NCBI GenBank assembly: GCA_000004695.1
Contig: CM000154.2
Span: 1 to 64,000, forward strand
DNA from: Dictyostelium discoideum
Taxonomy: Eukaryota
DNA: 64,000 nucleotides
Direction of reading: 5' to 3'
The notes below the pieces were generated by a model. The model did no database searches. It was not told the origin of the DNA and saw only the letters and a list, made by a program, of their open reading frames with translations. Numbering within the stretch: the first letter of the stretch is position 1; each line of letters opens with the position of its first letter. Below, one piece after another: positions 17,927 through 32,101 of the stretch. A program made the position numbers and the translations under genes.

Positions 17927-18320
17927 TAGTTTTTTAATTATTATTATTATTATTATTATAATAGCTCTTTAATATACATTTCTCTTTTTTTAGTAATCTC
18001 TTTTAATTTTTTAAATTTTTCTTATTTTCATAAATACCATTTTTGGTATTTTTTCTTTTCCAAAAATTTGGATAATATTTTTACTATTATTGTTTTTATT
18101 AATTTTACCTAAACCTAATTTATTATTCTTTTTTTCAACTTTTATTGGATTAATTTTACTTTGATTATCCTTACCTAAACCTTCACCATCGGACCAATTC
18201 ATTTTTTTAGTAATAATTTTATAATCAACATTCAAAGGTAATCAAGATGATATAAATCTTTTTAAAACAGAACCTTCTTTAGTTCTTTCACATAAAATTA
18301 GAGTTGTTGATTATTGACGT
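17927..18320 (-). pseudogene. Truncated, degenerate duplicate of the 3' part (G-patch region) of the gene at 19093..19836.
   Basis: 17941-18320 is about 95% identical to 19076-19480, including the preceding (ATT)n. The copy keeps the MNWSDGEGLGKDNQSKINPIKVEKKNNKLGLG ORF (18011..18235) but has stops and divergence upstream. Confidence 0.6.
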
Positions 18321-18780
18321 TCAATTTTCTATACAAATAACCATAATAAAAATTAGTGAGGGTAATTTTTTATTTATCACCAGATTTTTTTTTTTTTTTC
18401 GCACACACAAAAATAAAGTCCAAAGAATAAGGTTGACTTTTTTGCCAACAAGATGAAATGGAATGGATTTAAATTGATATAATATGCGCATATTATTTTT
18501 TTTTTTTTATAAAAAATAAGAAACATTGGATGGATTTTATGTACATATATTGTTTTTTTATTTAAATTACAATTCTAGAAACAATTTTTGTTTTTTTATT
18601 TTTCTTTCTACATGTTGTTGAATAGTGGAATTTAAAGGAGTTTTGCTAAAAAATAATTCATTCTTTTGTGGTTGAATTACATTTATGTCGTCTTGGGATA
18701 ATTGATTAATTTGATCCAAATCTTGTAAATTGATATTGGATATATTTAATTTATATGAAGTTGGATTTCTTTTGTGATTT

Positions 18781-18801
18781 ATTATTATTATTATTATTAT
18801 T

Positions 18802-18892
<91 letters not shown>
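18781..18892. repeat. Intergenic (ATT)n microsatellite, about 36 units, between the duplicated segments.
   Basis: Direct reading. Confidence 0.9.
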
Positions 18893-19092
18893 GACACTAC
18901 TATTATTCATATTAATCTTCTTGGTTGGGTGCTCGTAATTAAAAAAATAAAAAAAATAAAAAATTCCTATAATAAAAAAATAAATAAAAAATTACTATAA
19001 TAAAAAAAAATTATTTAAAATTTATTATTATTTTTTATTATTTTAATTTTTTATTATTTTTTTTTTTATTGGTATTATTATTATTATTATTA

Positions 19093-19836
19093 TTATAATA
19101 GCTCTTTAATATACATTTCTCTTTTTTTAGTAATCTCTTTTAATTTTTTTAAATTTTTCTTATTTTCATAAATACCATTTTTGGTATTTTTTTCTTTTCC
19201 AAAAATTTGGATCTTATTTTTACTATTATTATTATTATTATAATTAATTTTACCTAAACCTAATTTATTATTCTTTTTTTCAACTTTTATTGGATTAATT
19301 TTACCTTGATTATCTTTACCTAAACCTTCACCATCGGACCAATTCATTTTTTTAGTAATAATTTTATAACCAACATTCAAAGGTAATGAAGATGATATAA
19401 ATCTTTTTGAAACAAAACCCTCTTTAGTTCTTTCACATAAAATATGAGTTGTTGATGATTGATGTTCAATTTTCTCTGTATTAAAAATTTCACTTTCACA
19501 TTGATCACAATAAAATGATTTTACTTTTGTTATATTGGTTGTTGTTGTTGTTGTTGTTATTATTTTTCCAGTAGTTCTTGATAATTCTTCACCAGAACCA
19601 ATATTATTATCAATTAATAATGGTTGTTGTTTTGATATTTCTGGTAATCTTTTAAATAATCTTTCTGGTAACTTTGTATTTAATGAAGAGGTTGAAGTTT
19701 TATAGAAATTTGAAATATTGAAACCTTCTTCTTCTTCTTTTTCTTTTTTTAATTTATCAATATCAATATTGTTATCAAAATTATTTTCAAATAAATCTTC
19801 ATTGGTTATGTAACCTCCTGATATAAATCTTTTCAT
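19093..19836 (-). CDS. G-patch domain protein with a matrin/U1-type C2H2 zinc finger.
   Basis: 247-aa ORF. Finger FYCDQCESEIFNTEKIEHQSSTTH (C-x2-C-x12-H-x5-H). G-patch motif KMNWSDGEGLGKDNQGKINPIKVEKKNNKLGLG. Confidence 0.7.
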   Translation of the reverse strand: MKRFISGGYITNEDLFENNFDNNIDIDKLKKEKEEEEGFNISNFYKTSTSSLNTKLPERLFKRLPEISKQQPLLIDNNIGSGEELSRTTGKIITTTTTTTNITKVKSFYCDQCESEIFNTEKIEHQSSTTHILCERTKEGFVSKRFISSSLPLNVGYKIITKKMNWSDGEGLGKDNQGKINPIKVEKKNNKLGLGKINYNNNNNSKNKIQIFGKEKNTKNGIYENKKNLKKLKEITKKREMYIKELL

Positions 19837-20108
19837 CTTTTTTTAGTTGAAAAGTAAGAATTATTTTGCCATACATAAAGATTTCGACGATGGGTGGTAT
19901 ATTATATTTTTTTTTTTTTTTTTACAATTGTAAGTTTGTTAATTTTTTTTTTTTTTTCTATTGTTTTTTTTTGAAATTTAATGAGGGAAGGGCGATATTT
20001 TTTTTATTTTTTTTTTTGTAAAAACGAAGGACGCTTATGTGGCTTTTTACACAAATTATTTTAAATTTGTCAAAATACCGAGTGTTTTTTGGGAATATTA
20101 AATTAAAT

Positions 20109-20148
<40 letters not shown>

Positions 20149-20537
20149 AAAAAAATGAAAAAAATAAAAAAAAATAAAATTAAACAAAAAAAAACGTTCA
20201 GATGAAATTTCATAAATGTTTTATTGTTTTTTATATTTTATTTTTAAAAAATCAATTTTAAACACAAAACAGAACATTAAATACCAGCTTTCTATGAGAC
20301 ATCCACATAATTCACCAATTCTAAAAAAAGATGATATCAATGGAGATTTGGATATATAAAAAAAAAAAAAAAATGAATAAAAAAAAAAAATTTTTAAAAA
20401 AAAAAATAGAAAATAAATAGTATTTCCATTTTTACATTTTTTTTCTTAAATAAATCAAAAAAAAAAAAAAAAAAAACCAATCAAAATTCACACAACACAT
20501 GATGAAATAGTAGAAATTTAGTATGAATTTAAATATA

Positions 20538-20580
<43 letters not shown>

Positions 20581-20694
20581 TTTTTTTTTCCCTTTTTTTT
20601 TTTTTAAATTTTTTTAATTTTTTTTTTTTTTTTTTCTTTTCTTTTCTTAAACCAAAAAAAAAACAATTCTCCATTTATCTTCAGTTACTTTTTT

Positions 20695-20727
<33 letters not shown>

Positions 20728-21181
20728 GGGTTTTTTCTTTGAAAAAAAAAAAAAAAAAAAATTTTTAAAATAAAAATAACTTATTATGTATATTTTAAAT
20801 CTAATTTTTTCCAAATTTTTAAGAATTTTCTTTTAAAAAATAGTGATTTTCCACATACACTTTAACACAACACACATTAACACAAACCACACAAATAAAA
20901 AAATATTATTATAAACTTTCATAGTGTTAAAACACTTTTAATTTTTTTTTGTTTTTTTTATTTTTTATTTTTTTTTTTCTCAAAATTAATTTTTCAACAT
21001 ATACATTTAAAAAAAAAAAAGAATATACCAAAATTTATTTTATAGATTATAATACTATACTATAATATTATTGTATTTTAAAATAAAATATTATCAAAAA
21101 AAAAAAAAAAATCAAATAGAATTTTATTTTTTAATAATAATAATAAAAAAAAAAAAAAACACAACATATTATAAAATCTTT

Positions 21182-21466
21182 ATGAAAAGGAATTATTATG
21201 ACTTATTGGGAATCGATTCATCAGCTGATGAAAAAAAGATTAAGAAAGCATATAAGAATTTGGCATTAAAATATCATCCTGATAAATTTAATACAACCAA
21301 TAATATAAATATAAATGAATTATCTAATAATAGCAACAATTCATCAATTTCAAGTTTGGTGAATAATAGTAATAATAGTGATAATAATAATAATAACAAT
21401 AATAATAATAATAAAAATAAAAATAATAATAATAGTAATAATAATAATAGTAATAATAATAATAAT

Positions 21467-21537
<71 letters not shown>

Positions 21538-21856
21538 TAATAATAATAAAAATAATAATAACAATAATAATAATAATTATAATAATAATAATAATAACAA
21601 TAATTATAATTATAATTATAATAATAATAGTAATAATAGTAATAATAGTAGTAATAAAAATAATAGTAATAGTAATAGTAATTCATTAAATGATTTAAAT
21701 CAATTTATGGAAATAAAAGAAGCATATGAAACATTAATGGATCCAACTAGAAAAAATAAATATGATAAATCAGAGATATTAAATTCAGTAATCTTAAAAC
21801 ATAAATCAGATTTTTTGCCAATAAGCTTAAATAGTATTAATAATAATATTAGTAAC

Positions 21857-21941
<85 letters not shown>

Positions 21942-22615
21942 GTAATAATTCAAATAATAATATTTGTAGAATATCAAATTCATCTTTAGCATCAACATAT
22001 TTTAATAACGCTATTGGAAGTATGGGTAATATTGGTTCTTTAGGAAATTGTAGTATTAATAGTGCATTATTCTCAATAACCACATCATCATGTTCACCAT
22101 CATCTTCACCTGAAAATTCAAATAGAGAAAGCAGCAGCAGTTTATTTACATCTTCAAATACTTTAATTTCAAACTTTTTCGAACAACAAAATAGTAATAA
22201 TGGTTTATCATCATCTGTTTCATCATTATTAACTGGTAGTTATGGTAATAGCTCTGCAACCAACACTACAACTGCATCAACATCATCATCAACATCATCA
22301 CCATCATCATCATCATCAACATCAATATCAACATCATCAACATCATCAACATCAACATCAACATCAACACTATCAATAAGTTCATCAAATCCACAATTGC
22401 AATCCTCTTATGCATCATTACAAAACAATATTAGTAATCTTAGTAATTATATTTCAAATATTAGTAATTTAAAAAGTCAAAATTCTGTTTCAGTATCTGT
22501 TGATATAGGTTTCTTTGAAGTAATGAGTAGTCATAAGAAACTAATAAATTATAATAAATTAACAATTTGTAGTGAATGTTGTAATAATAATCAAAATAAT
22601 AATAATAATCAAAAC

Positions 22616-22702
<87 letters not shown>

Positions 22703-23287
22703 CAAAATAAATGTAGTTTATGTTTAGGAAGCAATAGAATAATGGAAAAGTGTGAAATTACAATAGATGTTCCAAAAGGTGTTACAAATGGTCAAAAATT
22801 AGTATTCCCTTCATTGGGTAATATTTGTGATAATTTACCAAATTCACCAAATAAACTTTTAAATTGTAATAATAACAATAATAATAATAATAATTCTAAT
22901 AATCAACAATCATTAATTTATGGTGATTTAATAATAAATTTCCAAGTCGAGGAGAGTAGTAATTTAAAGAGAGATGGAGATGATGTAATATCAGAGGTAG
23001 TTGTAAATTTCATTGATGCCATTTTAGGTTGTAGAATATCGGTTCCAATTTTATGTGGTAGTATGGAGATTGATATACCTGCTGGTACTCAACCAAATCA
23101 AATTTTAAAAATAAAGAATCAAGGTTTCTTAAATTCAATCACTCTGGTCAAAGGAAACTACTATTTAAAAATACTGGTAGATTTACCAAAAAAAGTCTCA
23201 AATAAACAAATTAGTTTATTGAATCAATTTTATTCAAAAGAAAATAACACAAATAATAATAATTTAAATAATAATAATGATAAATAA
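21182..23287 (+). CDS. DnaJ/Hsp40 family protein: N-terminal J domain with HPD, long poly-Asn/Ser inserts, and a DnaJ C-terminal substrate-binding domain.
   Basis: MKRNYYDLLGIDSSADEKKIKKAYKNLALKYHPDK. C-terminal ...ITIDVPKGVTNGQKLVF...GDLIINFQVEESSNLKRDGDDV...EIDIPAGTQPNQILKIKNQGF. The ORF-track start at 21071 is an AT-rich leader, so I take the ATG at 21182. Confidence 0.85.
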
Positions 23288-23736
23288 TTAAAATAAGAAT
23301 AATCAAAATAATAATAATAATGGAAAACAAAAAAAATTTATTTAAATATTTTGTTTTTTATTTTTTATTTTAACGCAATAATTTTCATATAAATAAACTA
23401 CTTTAAATGAATTTAAATAATTAATCGATTGTTTTAACTTTTTTTTTTTTTTTTTATTTGATTTTTTATTCATTGTTTTAATTTTTTTTTTTTTTTTATT
23501 TTTTTTTTTCCAGAAACAAATAATGACATAATCAGGAAGGGAGTTCTTTTTCTATTTTAGAATTTTTTATTTTTTTTATTTTTTTATTTTTTTTTATTTT
23601 ATTTTTTATTTTAAAATATTTTTATTTTTTTTATTTTTTTTTTTTTTTTCAGTTTCAATTTAAAAATCAAAATTTGAAAAAAAAAAAAAAAAAAAAAAAA
23701 TATTTCATTTTCATCCCAATTTACAAACAAAACAAA

Positions 23737-24143
23737 ATGTACAAAGAACCAAAAAACGAGAGTGAATACGAAGCTGAACTCAAAAACGCTCCAGTCGCTG
23801 TTGTTTATCTCACTGCTACCTGGTGTAAGTTTTTTTTTTTTTAAAAAAAAAAATAAAAAAAATAAAAAAAAATAAAGTGTACTAAATTTAAAATTTTTTT
23901 TTTCCTATTACAGGTGGCCCATGTCGTGCTATCGCCCCAGTTTTCACCAACATTTCAAATGCACCAGAAAACAGCAAAATCACTTTTTTCAAAGTTGATG
24001 TTGATGCCCTTAAAAAATTACCAGTTTGTGAATCACTCCAAGGTGTCCCAACTTTCATTGCTTACAGAAATGGTGAAGAACAAGAAAGATTCTCTGGTGC
24101 CAATAAAGTAGCCCTTGAAAATATGGTCAAAAAACTCTTATAA
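23737..24143 (+). CDS. Thioredoxin: join(23737..23824, 23914..24143), 105 aa.
   Basis: An intron (GTAAGT...ttattacag, 89 nt) splits the active site, TGG T|GT GGC CCA TGT giving WCGPC. Full thioredoxin-fold sequence KITFFKVDVD...GVPTFIAYRNGEE... Confidence 0.9.
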
Positions 24144-24159
24144 ATAAATAATCTATAGA

Positions 24160-24203
<44 letters not shown>

Positions 24204-24321
24204 ATTACTATTAAAGTTTAATTTTATTTGCACAACAAATAACTATAAAGTGTCGATTCACTTTTTTTTTTTTTTTTTTTTTTTATTTATTACAAATTAA
24301 ATTGATTATTTATGTTGATCT

Positions 24322-26298
24322 CTAAAGATAATCAGCTAAAATTGTATCAGCACACTTTTCAGCAACAGCCATAACAGTTGCTTGAAGTAAACCATGTGGA
24401 ATTCGAGGTAAGATAGAAGCGTCAACAATACGAACACGATTAACACCAAATACCTTTAATTTGTTATCAACCACAGCAAGTGGATCTGATGATGTGCCCA
24501 TTTTAGCAGTACCACTCCAATGATCATGAGGTACGATATTATTTCTAACAAATGATTCCAATTGAGCATCAGTACTAATTGAAGCATCAGGTAAAACTGG
24601 AATTGATAATTGAGACATTGGTGGATAAGACATAATTCTACGACTCTCTTTAATGGATGATACTAATTTTGCAACATCAACATCGACAGCACCTGGATTG
24701 AATGAAACATTTACACCTTTCTTATAGAATTGAATAGCTGATAAACCAGTTACATTTGATGGCAATGTAACTTTATTGATTGGATTTGGTGTTGGTTCAC
24801 ATAAACTTACGGCAAATGTCATCATACCAGGTAATGTACTACCAAGTGCACCTGGGAAAATGGTCATAATTGTATCAGCAGGGCTTGATGGTGATGATGA
24901 ATTTGGTTTTAACCAAGCACCAACACTAAAACCTGGTGTTGATAAAATACCAGTTCCTTGGGTTTGATATTGTAAGTTTACATTATAGTTTGTGTAAAAA
25001 TCTGGACGTGATGCACTATCAGCATAACTCCAAACATTGAATACAATGAAATGATTTTGAAGATTTTGACCAACACCTGGTAAATGTTTAATGGGTTGAA
25101 TGTAATTTGAATATTGAGTTTGTGTTAAAACATTGGAATCACCAACACCACTATTGAATAAAATCTTTGGTGTATTTAATGCACCAGCTGCAAGTACAAC
25201 CTCTTTTGAACAATATAATGTTTTAATTGTATTTGGTGCATCATCAGATACATATTCAATACCAGTTGCTTCATTTTTACCACTGAATATATTAAAAGTC
25301 CATTTAATACGTGTAACTGTTGCAGAATCAATTAATTTAACCCTTGACATTGCAACGGCCTTAGCAAGGTATTCATGTGCAGTTGATGAACGTTCACCTT
25401 TACCATCGATATTCAATTGGAAATAACCACAACCAGAACGTGGATTAACTTGGAAATCATCATTAAAATTTAATCCACTTTCATTACATGATTTAACAAA
25501 ATCACTACCTTCCTTATCAAATGGTATACTCTTTACCTTTATAAATCCATTATGGCCATGTTCAGTTGAACTTTGGAGGTTTGAATCTAATATGGTTTCA
25601 ACTTTTAAAAAATAAGGTTTTAAATCTACAAAATTCCAATTACTAATATTCCAGTCATAATCTGAATCAATTCCTCTTTGGTATACCATAGCATTATGAA
25701 GACCTGATCCACCAACCATTTTTGCAACATTTGTATTTGGAATATCCCATCTATTTCCATTAATATCTGCTGATTGAAAAAAAAATGGTACATCATATTT
25801 TGTTAATGGTCTCTAAAATAAATTTATTTATATTAATAATTTTTGAAAAAAAAAAAAAAAAAAAAAAAAATTTAAAGTGTTTAATTACCTGTGGAGTATA
25901 AACATTATCAGAATTTAAAGTACCTTTGGTTCCAATATAATCAATACCACCCAAAGAGGCAATTGATTTACCACCTCCTTCAATAATAATAACAGAGTAA
26001 CCTTTTTGAGCTAATCTAATAATAATAATAACCATTTTTTAATTATTATTTTTTTTTTAAATAGTTAATAATAAAAGTTTAAAAAAAAAAATAAAAAAAT
26101 AAAAAAAAAAAAGATTAAATAATTATTAAAATTAAAAAAGAAATACCTGTAAGCCACAATGGAACCACTAACACCTGAGCCAACTACAATGAAGTCATAT
26201 GGAAATAAATTAATTCCGGCAGAAGATGAAGATAAGGAATCTGATAAGACAACATTAATTATTAAAAATAATGAAATAAATAATTTAATAGTATTCAT
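24322..26298 (-). CDS. Secreted GMC-family FAD oxidoreductase (choline/glucose dehydrogenase-like): join(26298..26147, 26015..25889, 25812..24322).
   Basis: Signal peptide, then FAD fingerprint DFIVVGSGVSGSIVAYR|LAQKGYSVIIIEGGG...TPQ|RPL... and GGSGLHNAMVYQRG. C-terminal GMC motifs HWSGTAKMG...VRIVDASILP. Introns of 131 nt (donor GTATTT, phase 2) and 76 nt (donor GTAATT, phase 0), both with AG acceptors and consistent frames. This unites ORFs 26065..26298, 25793..26035 and 24322..25719. Confidence 0.85.
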
Positions 26299-26381
26299 TT
26301 TATTTTATTTTTTTTGGTAATAAATTAATTAATAAATAAATTCTTTTATTTTATTTCTTTATTTTTTTTTAATTCTTTTTT

Positions 26382-26426
<45 letters not shown>

Positions 26427-26614
26427 AGGATGAATAATTTATTGGAATTTAAAAAAAAAAATTAATAAAAATATTTAATAATATTTTTTTTAGATTAGAC
26501 AGATAGATAAATAAAAGATGAAATAGATTAAAGAAAAGAATAAATAAATAAATAAATAAATAAAAAGTAAATATATTTTAAAAATGAAATGAGGAAAAAC
26601 TTTCTTTGATTAAT

Positions 26615-26654
<40 letters not shown>

Positions 26655-28269
26655 TTTTTTTTTCTTATTATTTTATTTTATTTTTTTTAAATATTTATTT
26701 TAAAAAAAATATCATAACAATGGTGTTTTTTAATTAATAACAAATAAAATAAAAATTGTTTTTTAACAGAATTTTTTTTTTTTTTTTTAATTTTAAAAAA
26801 AAAAAATCTAAAATAAAGAGATTTTTTCGGGTTTATGAGATGATGATTAGGTTGGGGTTATTTAATATAATGGTATTATATGAAACTAAGTATACATTTT
26901 TAAAGTATTTTTAATTTTTTTTTTTTTTAATTTTTTTATTTTCAATATTCAAAAAATAAAGAGCGATGTGATGATTTGTGCAAATTTAGTTGATTTTTTG
27001 ATTTTTTTTTTTTTTTTTTTTTTTAAATAATTCTTTTTTTTTTCTGGTGTTAATGCTTGTTTGGTGTGTTAATTTTTTAACTGACTCACTCTTGTATCGC
27101 ACATTTGAAATTAGGTATTTCTTTTAATTTCCTAACCGTTTTAGTTATGTTTAACATTAGATTTCTACAACAATAAACATTGTATTGTGATTTTTTAATT
27201 TTTTTTTTCCACTTTATTTTTTTCCATTTTTTTTTTTTTTATCTTTATTTTATTTTTATTTTATATTTTCTTTTTTTATATCTAAAAAAGGGGTTAGGTG
27301 GGGGAATATAATTTTGTTTTTTAAAAAAAAAAAAAAAAAAATAATATTGATTCATTAAATTTACATCTTTTAATTTGTATTAATTTGTTATTATTCGTTT
27401 TTTAATGATATATTATTATTTAACAGTTAGTTTTTTTATTTATTATTTTTTATTTTTAATTTTATAATAAAATAATTTATAATAATAAGGGTGTTCAATA
27501 TTGACACAAACAACAATGATTACCATACTCAAAGGTGAATTTTTTTTTTTTTCTTCAACAAAAGAATAAATACAACGAAAATAGTGTAAAAAAAAACCTA
27601 AAATTAGATGTTGGGGAGGTGTTATCATTTTGCAAAAATTGGTGTTTTAACTATTGGAGTATTATTAATTAACCTAAAGGTTTGGGGATATTTTTTATTA
27701 TTTAGAACAATTTTATTTGAAATGTTAAAAAAAAAAAAATAAAAAAAAAAATAAAAAAATTAAATGATTTTTTTGTGTTATTTCAATTTTTTAGATTTTT
27801 AAACAATTTTTTTTTTTCGCCCGATTTCAATTCGCTAATTACCAAATATCATCTTCATAAAAAAAAAAAAATAAAAAATAAAAAATTTAAATAAAAAAAA
27901 AAAAAAAAAAAAAAAGATCTTAATATCTTTTTTTTAAAATTATTTATTAAAGATATTTTTAGTTTTTTTTTTTTAGAAAGTAATTAAAGTTGATTTTAAA
28001 ATCAAAAAAAAAAAAAAAATATTGATCAAACAATCTTGTTATAATTTTTTTTTTAAGATTAAAAATCCATTTTTTAAAATTTTTTTTATTTTTTTTTTAT
28101 TTTTTTTTTAATTTTTTTTTGTGTCAGATCTCTAAACACTTTTAATATTTTTATTTCACTTAAACCATGATTTGGTTTTTTTTTTTTTTTTTTTTTTTTA
28201 ATATCAAATTATTTTTTTTTTTTTTTATTTATTTTTTTTTTTTTTATTTATTTTATTTGATACATAATT

Positions 28270-31038
28270 TTAATGATAAGTAATTTCAATTGCTTTAATT
28301 TCTGATGGATATAAGGTAATTTTAGTTTGTTTTGTATTAATTGGGTTGAAACGAGTTGGAGTATCTTTAATAGGGAAAAGATTTTTTCCAACAATTGAAC
28401 GATGAGAAGAAATAATATTATCAATATTATTATCAACGAATCTATTGATTAAAGATAAATTATATTCTTTAATTGATTTAATTGATTTGATAAAAGAGAA
28501 TAAGCCATTTAAATCAAAAGTGATTGGAGATTGATTATTATTTTCAATATTATGAATTCTTAATTTAATTGAACGAGGACCAGATCTTTCCATTGATAGA
28601 ATATGAATAAACTCTGGTAATGGTTTTAACATAAAAGATTTTGAAGACATATAAGAAGAATCTTGACCTTGATAAATTTGGAATTTATGTTGATAATTAA
28701 TTGATTGTTTTCTAATATCATCACCACCACCACCACCATTCGATTGTTGTGAATTTGATGGTACTTCATCTAAATAACATTCAAAACGTGCATTAATTGA
28801 GGATTCATCAATTGCAGGAATTTCTAAACCTTTACCATCTTCATAAGTTAAACTTCTATGTAATGCCATTTCCAAGCAACCTTGACCTTGACTTGAAACA
28901 CCTCTTGATCTATCATTATTACAAACAAATCTTTTTCCAGTACTTTGAGATTCGATATAAACTGAATTAATAGTTGGATAATAACTTTGAGTTTCTCTAC
29001 CAACTTCAACTGATTGTGATGAAATTGATTTTCTATGCATCATCTCTAAACCATTATCACTATATAATTCACGATTATTATCAATATCAGTTGTAAATCT
29101 ATTAATGGTTGTTGTACCATTTATACCTCTAATATGAAAATTGAAATTAATCTTTTTATCAATCATTTCATTACCAGTATTAATTAATTTAATACTGTTA
29201 TAATTAAATGTTGAAATAGTTTGTTGTTGTTGTTGTTGTTGTTGATTATTACCATAATAATAATAATAACCATTTCTATTTGAAATTTGATGAGTATCTT
29301 GTAATATACTTTGAGCTTCTTGATAAAATTTACCAATATAAGTAAAAGTTGAATAAACTTGTCTTGGTGGTTGAAAAACTTGTTTATTTGTACGGAAAAT
29401 ATAAGCACCACCAATATCTGAATAAGTTAAAAGTTGTTGATTAATTTCAGTAATTTGATTAGCACCACCACCATGTCGAGATGATTTTGATTTTAAAGAT
29501 TTAATAAGATAATTTTCATCTAAATTTGCAGTATAAATTGAATTTTCAATTGAATTGAAATGATTAGTTTTTGGTAATACCCAATTTGATTTATTTGGAT
29601 TTGATTTTCTTTTTAAATAATAAAGTTTGCTTGAGAATGGTTTTAATTTTGCAGGGAAATCAATTTGAATGAATTCTTTATGATCATCAGATTGATCACT
29701 TTTAAAATCACTTCTTGGACTACAATCAATTTCAATTTCATTTAAAAAATCTTCTTGAGCCAAAACATATGGACAAGCATTATTTGTTGGTGAATTCAAA
29801 GATTCACCATGATCACCAACCGATTGAACTTTAATTGAAATTAATTCTTCTTTTGACCAAGATAATTGATTAAATAAAATAAAAGAGATTGCATCATTAT
29901 TTTTTGGAAAATTTAAAGAACCACCAATATCAATGATATCCAATTTAGTTGGTGAATGTTGAGAAAGTGCACTTGCTAATAATTTTTCAGATTGTTCACT
30001 AACTAAAATATCAGCTTTTTGTAAACGTGAAAAATAATCTTGAACAACATGTTTTTTACTTGTACCACTAATTGCATCATGATGTTGAAGAATTGAAACT
30101 TGTTTAGAAGCATTTAACAATTGGTTTGGATAATATTTTTCATCGTTTTGAAGTGCTGATAAAATTTCAGCAGATCTTAACTTTGAAGAAACATGTCTTT
30201 CATAACCTTTAAGCAATGGTCTAGATGTATAATAACCAGTCCAATAGGTATTTGAATCATCAGCATATGGAAAGAAATCAGAATCATAATAATTGAATGA
30301 AACTTTATTTTCATTATGCCAATTGATAGTATCGGAAAAGAAATCAGCCAATGTACTATACTGACAGATCACATTGGATTCACCATTTGCATGTTGACCA
30401 TTGATACTTGCAACTAATTGATCCATTTGTTCAAATGATTTGTAAGCATTTTTAAAAGCGAAATCACCACCCATTGGAATTAAAACATGTGGAGATTTAT
30501 AAAATACTGAACGATTACGTGCCAATTCAATCATTTCCATTGTTAATCTTGGTAAACCATAGGCAAGGAAATTGTAACCATCAAAACTCATATGTGGTGG
30601 ACTTGTATAGAAATCATCGAAAACATGAGCTAATATATCTGATTTTGGTCCAACACCTTCTGGACTACCTCTCCATTTAAATTGTAAATTCTTTTCTTCT
30701 TTAAATTTCTTTTTCAATTCATAGTGAATACGATTCAATACAACATGTTTATAACCAAATTGAGCTTGTAATGTTGGTGTCAATGATGAATGTCCAAATG
30801 GATCAATTTGCCATCCACTCTCTGGTTGTTTTCCAAATTTCTCTCTAATAAATTTATGTCCATTTGATAATTGTCTAATTACACTTTCTAAACTTGCACA
30901 TGCTTCATCATTCATTACCCATCCACCATTTACAAATTCAATTCTATCATTTTTAACATGTTTTATAAAATCATTTTTAATTTCAATTGGCATATCATCC
31001 CACCATTGTTCTAAAAATCCACTTTTATATATATATAT

Positions 31039-31091
<53 letters not shown>

Positions 31092-31440
31092 GAAAAATTA
31101 AAATAATTAATAAAATTAAATAAATAATTAAAATAATTTATTAAATAAATAATTTAAACATTTTTTTAAAAATTAAATAATTAAAATAATTTTATTAAAT
31201 TACTTACATTTCAGACCAAACAAATTTTCTAGGTGGATTTGATTCAACATTTAATGATTGAACCATTGATGATATAATACTTTTAACTTGACCCATATAA
31301 TATTCGTTCATTGTTGATGTCCATCCAGAATCACAATGTGAATGTGGAATTAAATGAAGTTTAATTTCACCATCTTTTAATGAATAGCAAACTTCATTAA
31401 AAAATAATAAAATTAATATAAAATAATAAAAGTTTTTCAT
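28270..31440 (-). CDS. GH38 alpha-mannosidase (lysosomal type), about 996 aa: join(31440..31208, 31021..28270).
   Basis: Signal peptide, then HLIPHSHCDSGW. Intron (GTAAGT...ataaaag, 186 nt, phase 2) gives ...RKFVWSE-I-GFLEQWWDDMPIE..., matching the human LAMAN RRFIYVEIAFFSRWW. Downstream GGWVMNDEA, QHHDAISGTSK and the rest of GH38. Confidence 0.9.
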
Positions 31441-32101
31441 TATATCTTTGAATACTATGAAAAAAATTAAATTATTATTATTAAATGAATTTTATTTTAA
31501 TGATATATATATTTTTTTTTTTGGTTTTTATATCTTTTTTTTTTTATTATGATGTTATTTTAGACGAGTTTTACAAGTTGTCAAAAAAAAAAAAAAAACA
31601 AATTATTATAATACTAATTATTAGGGGTAATTTGTATAAATTTTGTATTATCATTTAACACACTATTTTTTTCTGGGTGAGTGGGGTGTAATATTGTTTT
31701 TATTTCTTTTATTTTTATTTTTTATTATTAACTCTGGTTAAAATTATTATTATTATACATTTGCTGAAATGATTTCATTACCAATATATACAATCTATTG
31801 TAAAATGACTAAAACTCTCCATTTAAATATCATGTTTTTTATTGGAAAGTATAAATTAATAATTATTTTTAACACGCAATGAACAAAAATTTTAAAAAAA
31901 AAAAGATTTAAACAAGAAAATTGTAACAAATAATTATTTTAATTTACGAAAAAATAAAAAATAAAAAAAAAAAAAAAATAAATAAAAAAAAAAAATAAAA
32001 ATAAAAAAAAAATGATGGGAATTTCAAAAGTTTATTTTTAGTTTTGATAACTTTTATTAATAATAATATTTATTAATAATTTATTATTTATTATTTATTA
32101 T

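Noticed and set aside
18011-18235. Independent functional G-patch mini-gene.
   Set aside because: It is the retained tail of a duplicated segment whose upstream part has stops and divergence, so it is called a pseudogene fragment instead.
21324-22083. Minus-strand poly-Tyr/Leu ORFs (21324..21686, 21700..22083) and the plus-strand poly-Ile ORF (21378..21689) overlapping the DnaJ gene.
   Set aside because: They are alternative frames and antisense readings of the (AAT)n coding repeat, not genes. The same applies to 12445..12678, 12509..12742, 13609..14286, 15519..15872, 15948..16157, 50039..50653, 50111..50647, 55385..56562, 56806..57009 and 60754..61253.
31022-31030. The tttttag acceptor immediately before AACAATGG in the alpha-mannosidase gene.
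   Set aside because: Using it breaks the frame with a stop. The acceptor 9 nt upstream (ataaaag|TGG) gives the conserved EIGFLEQWW junction.
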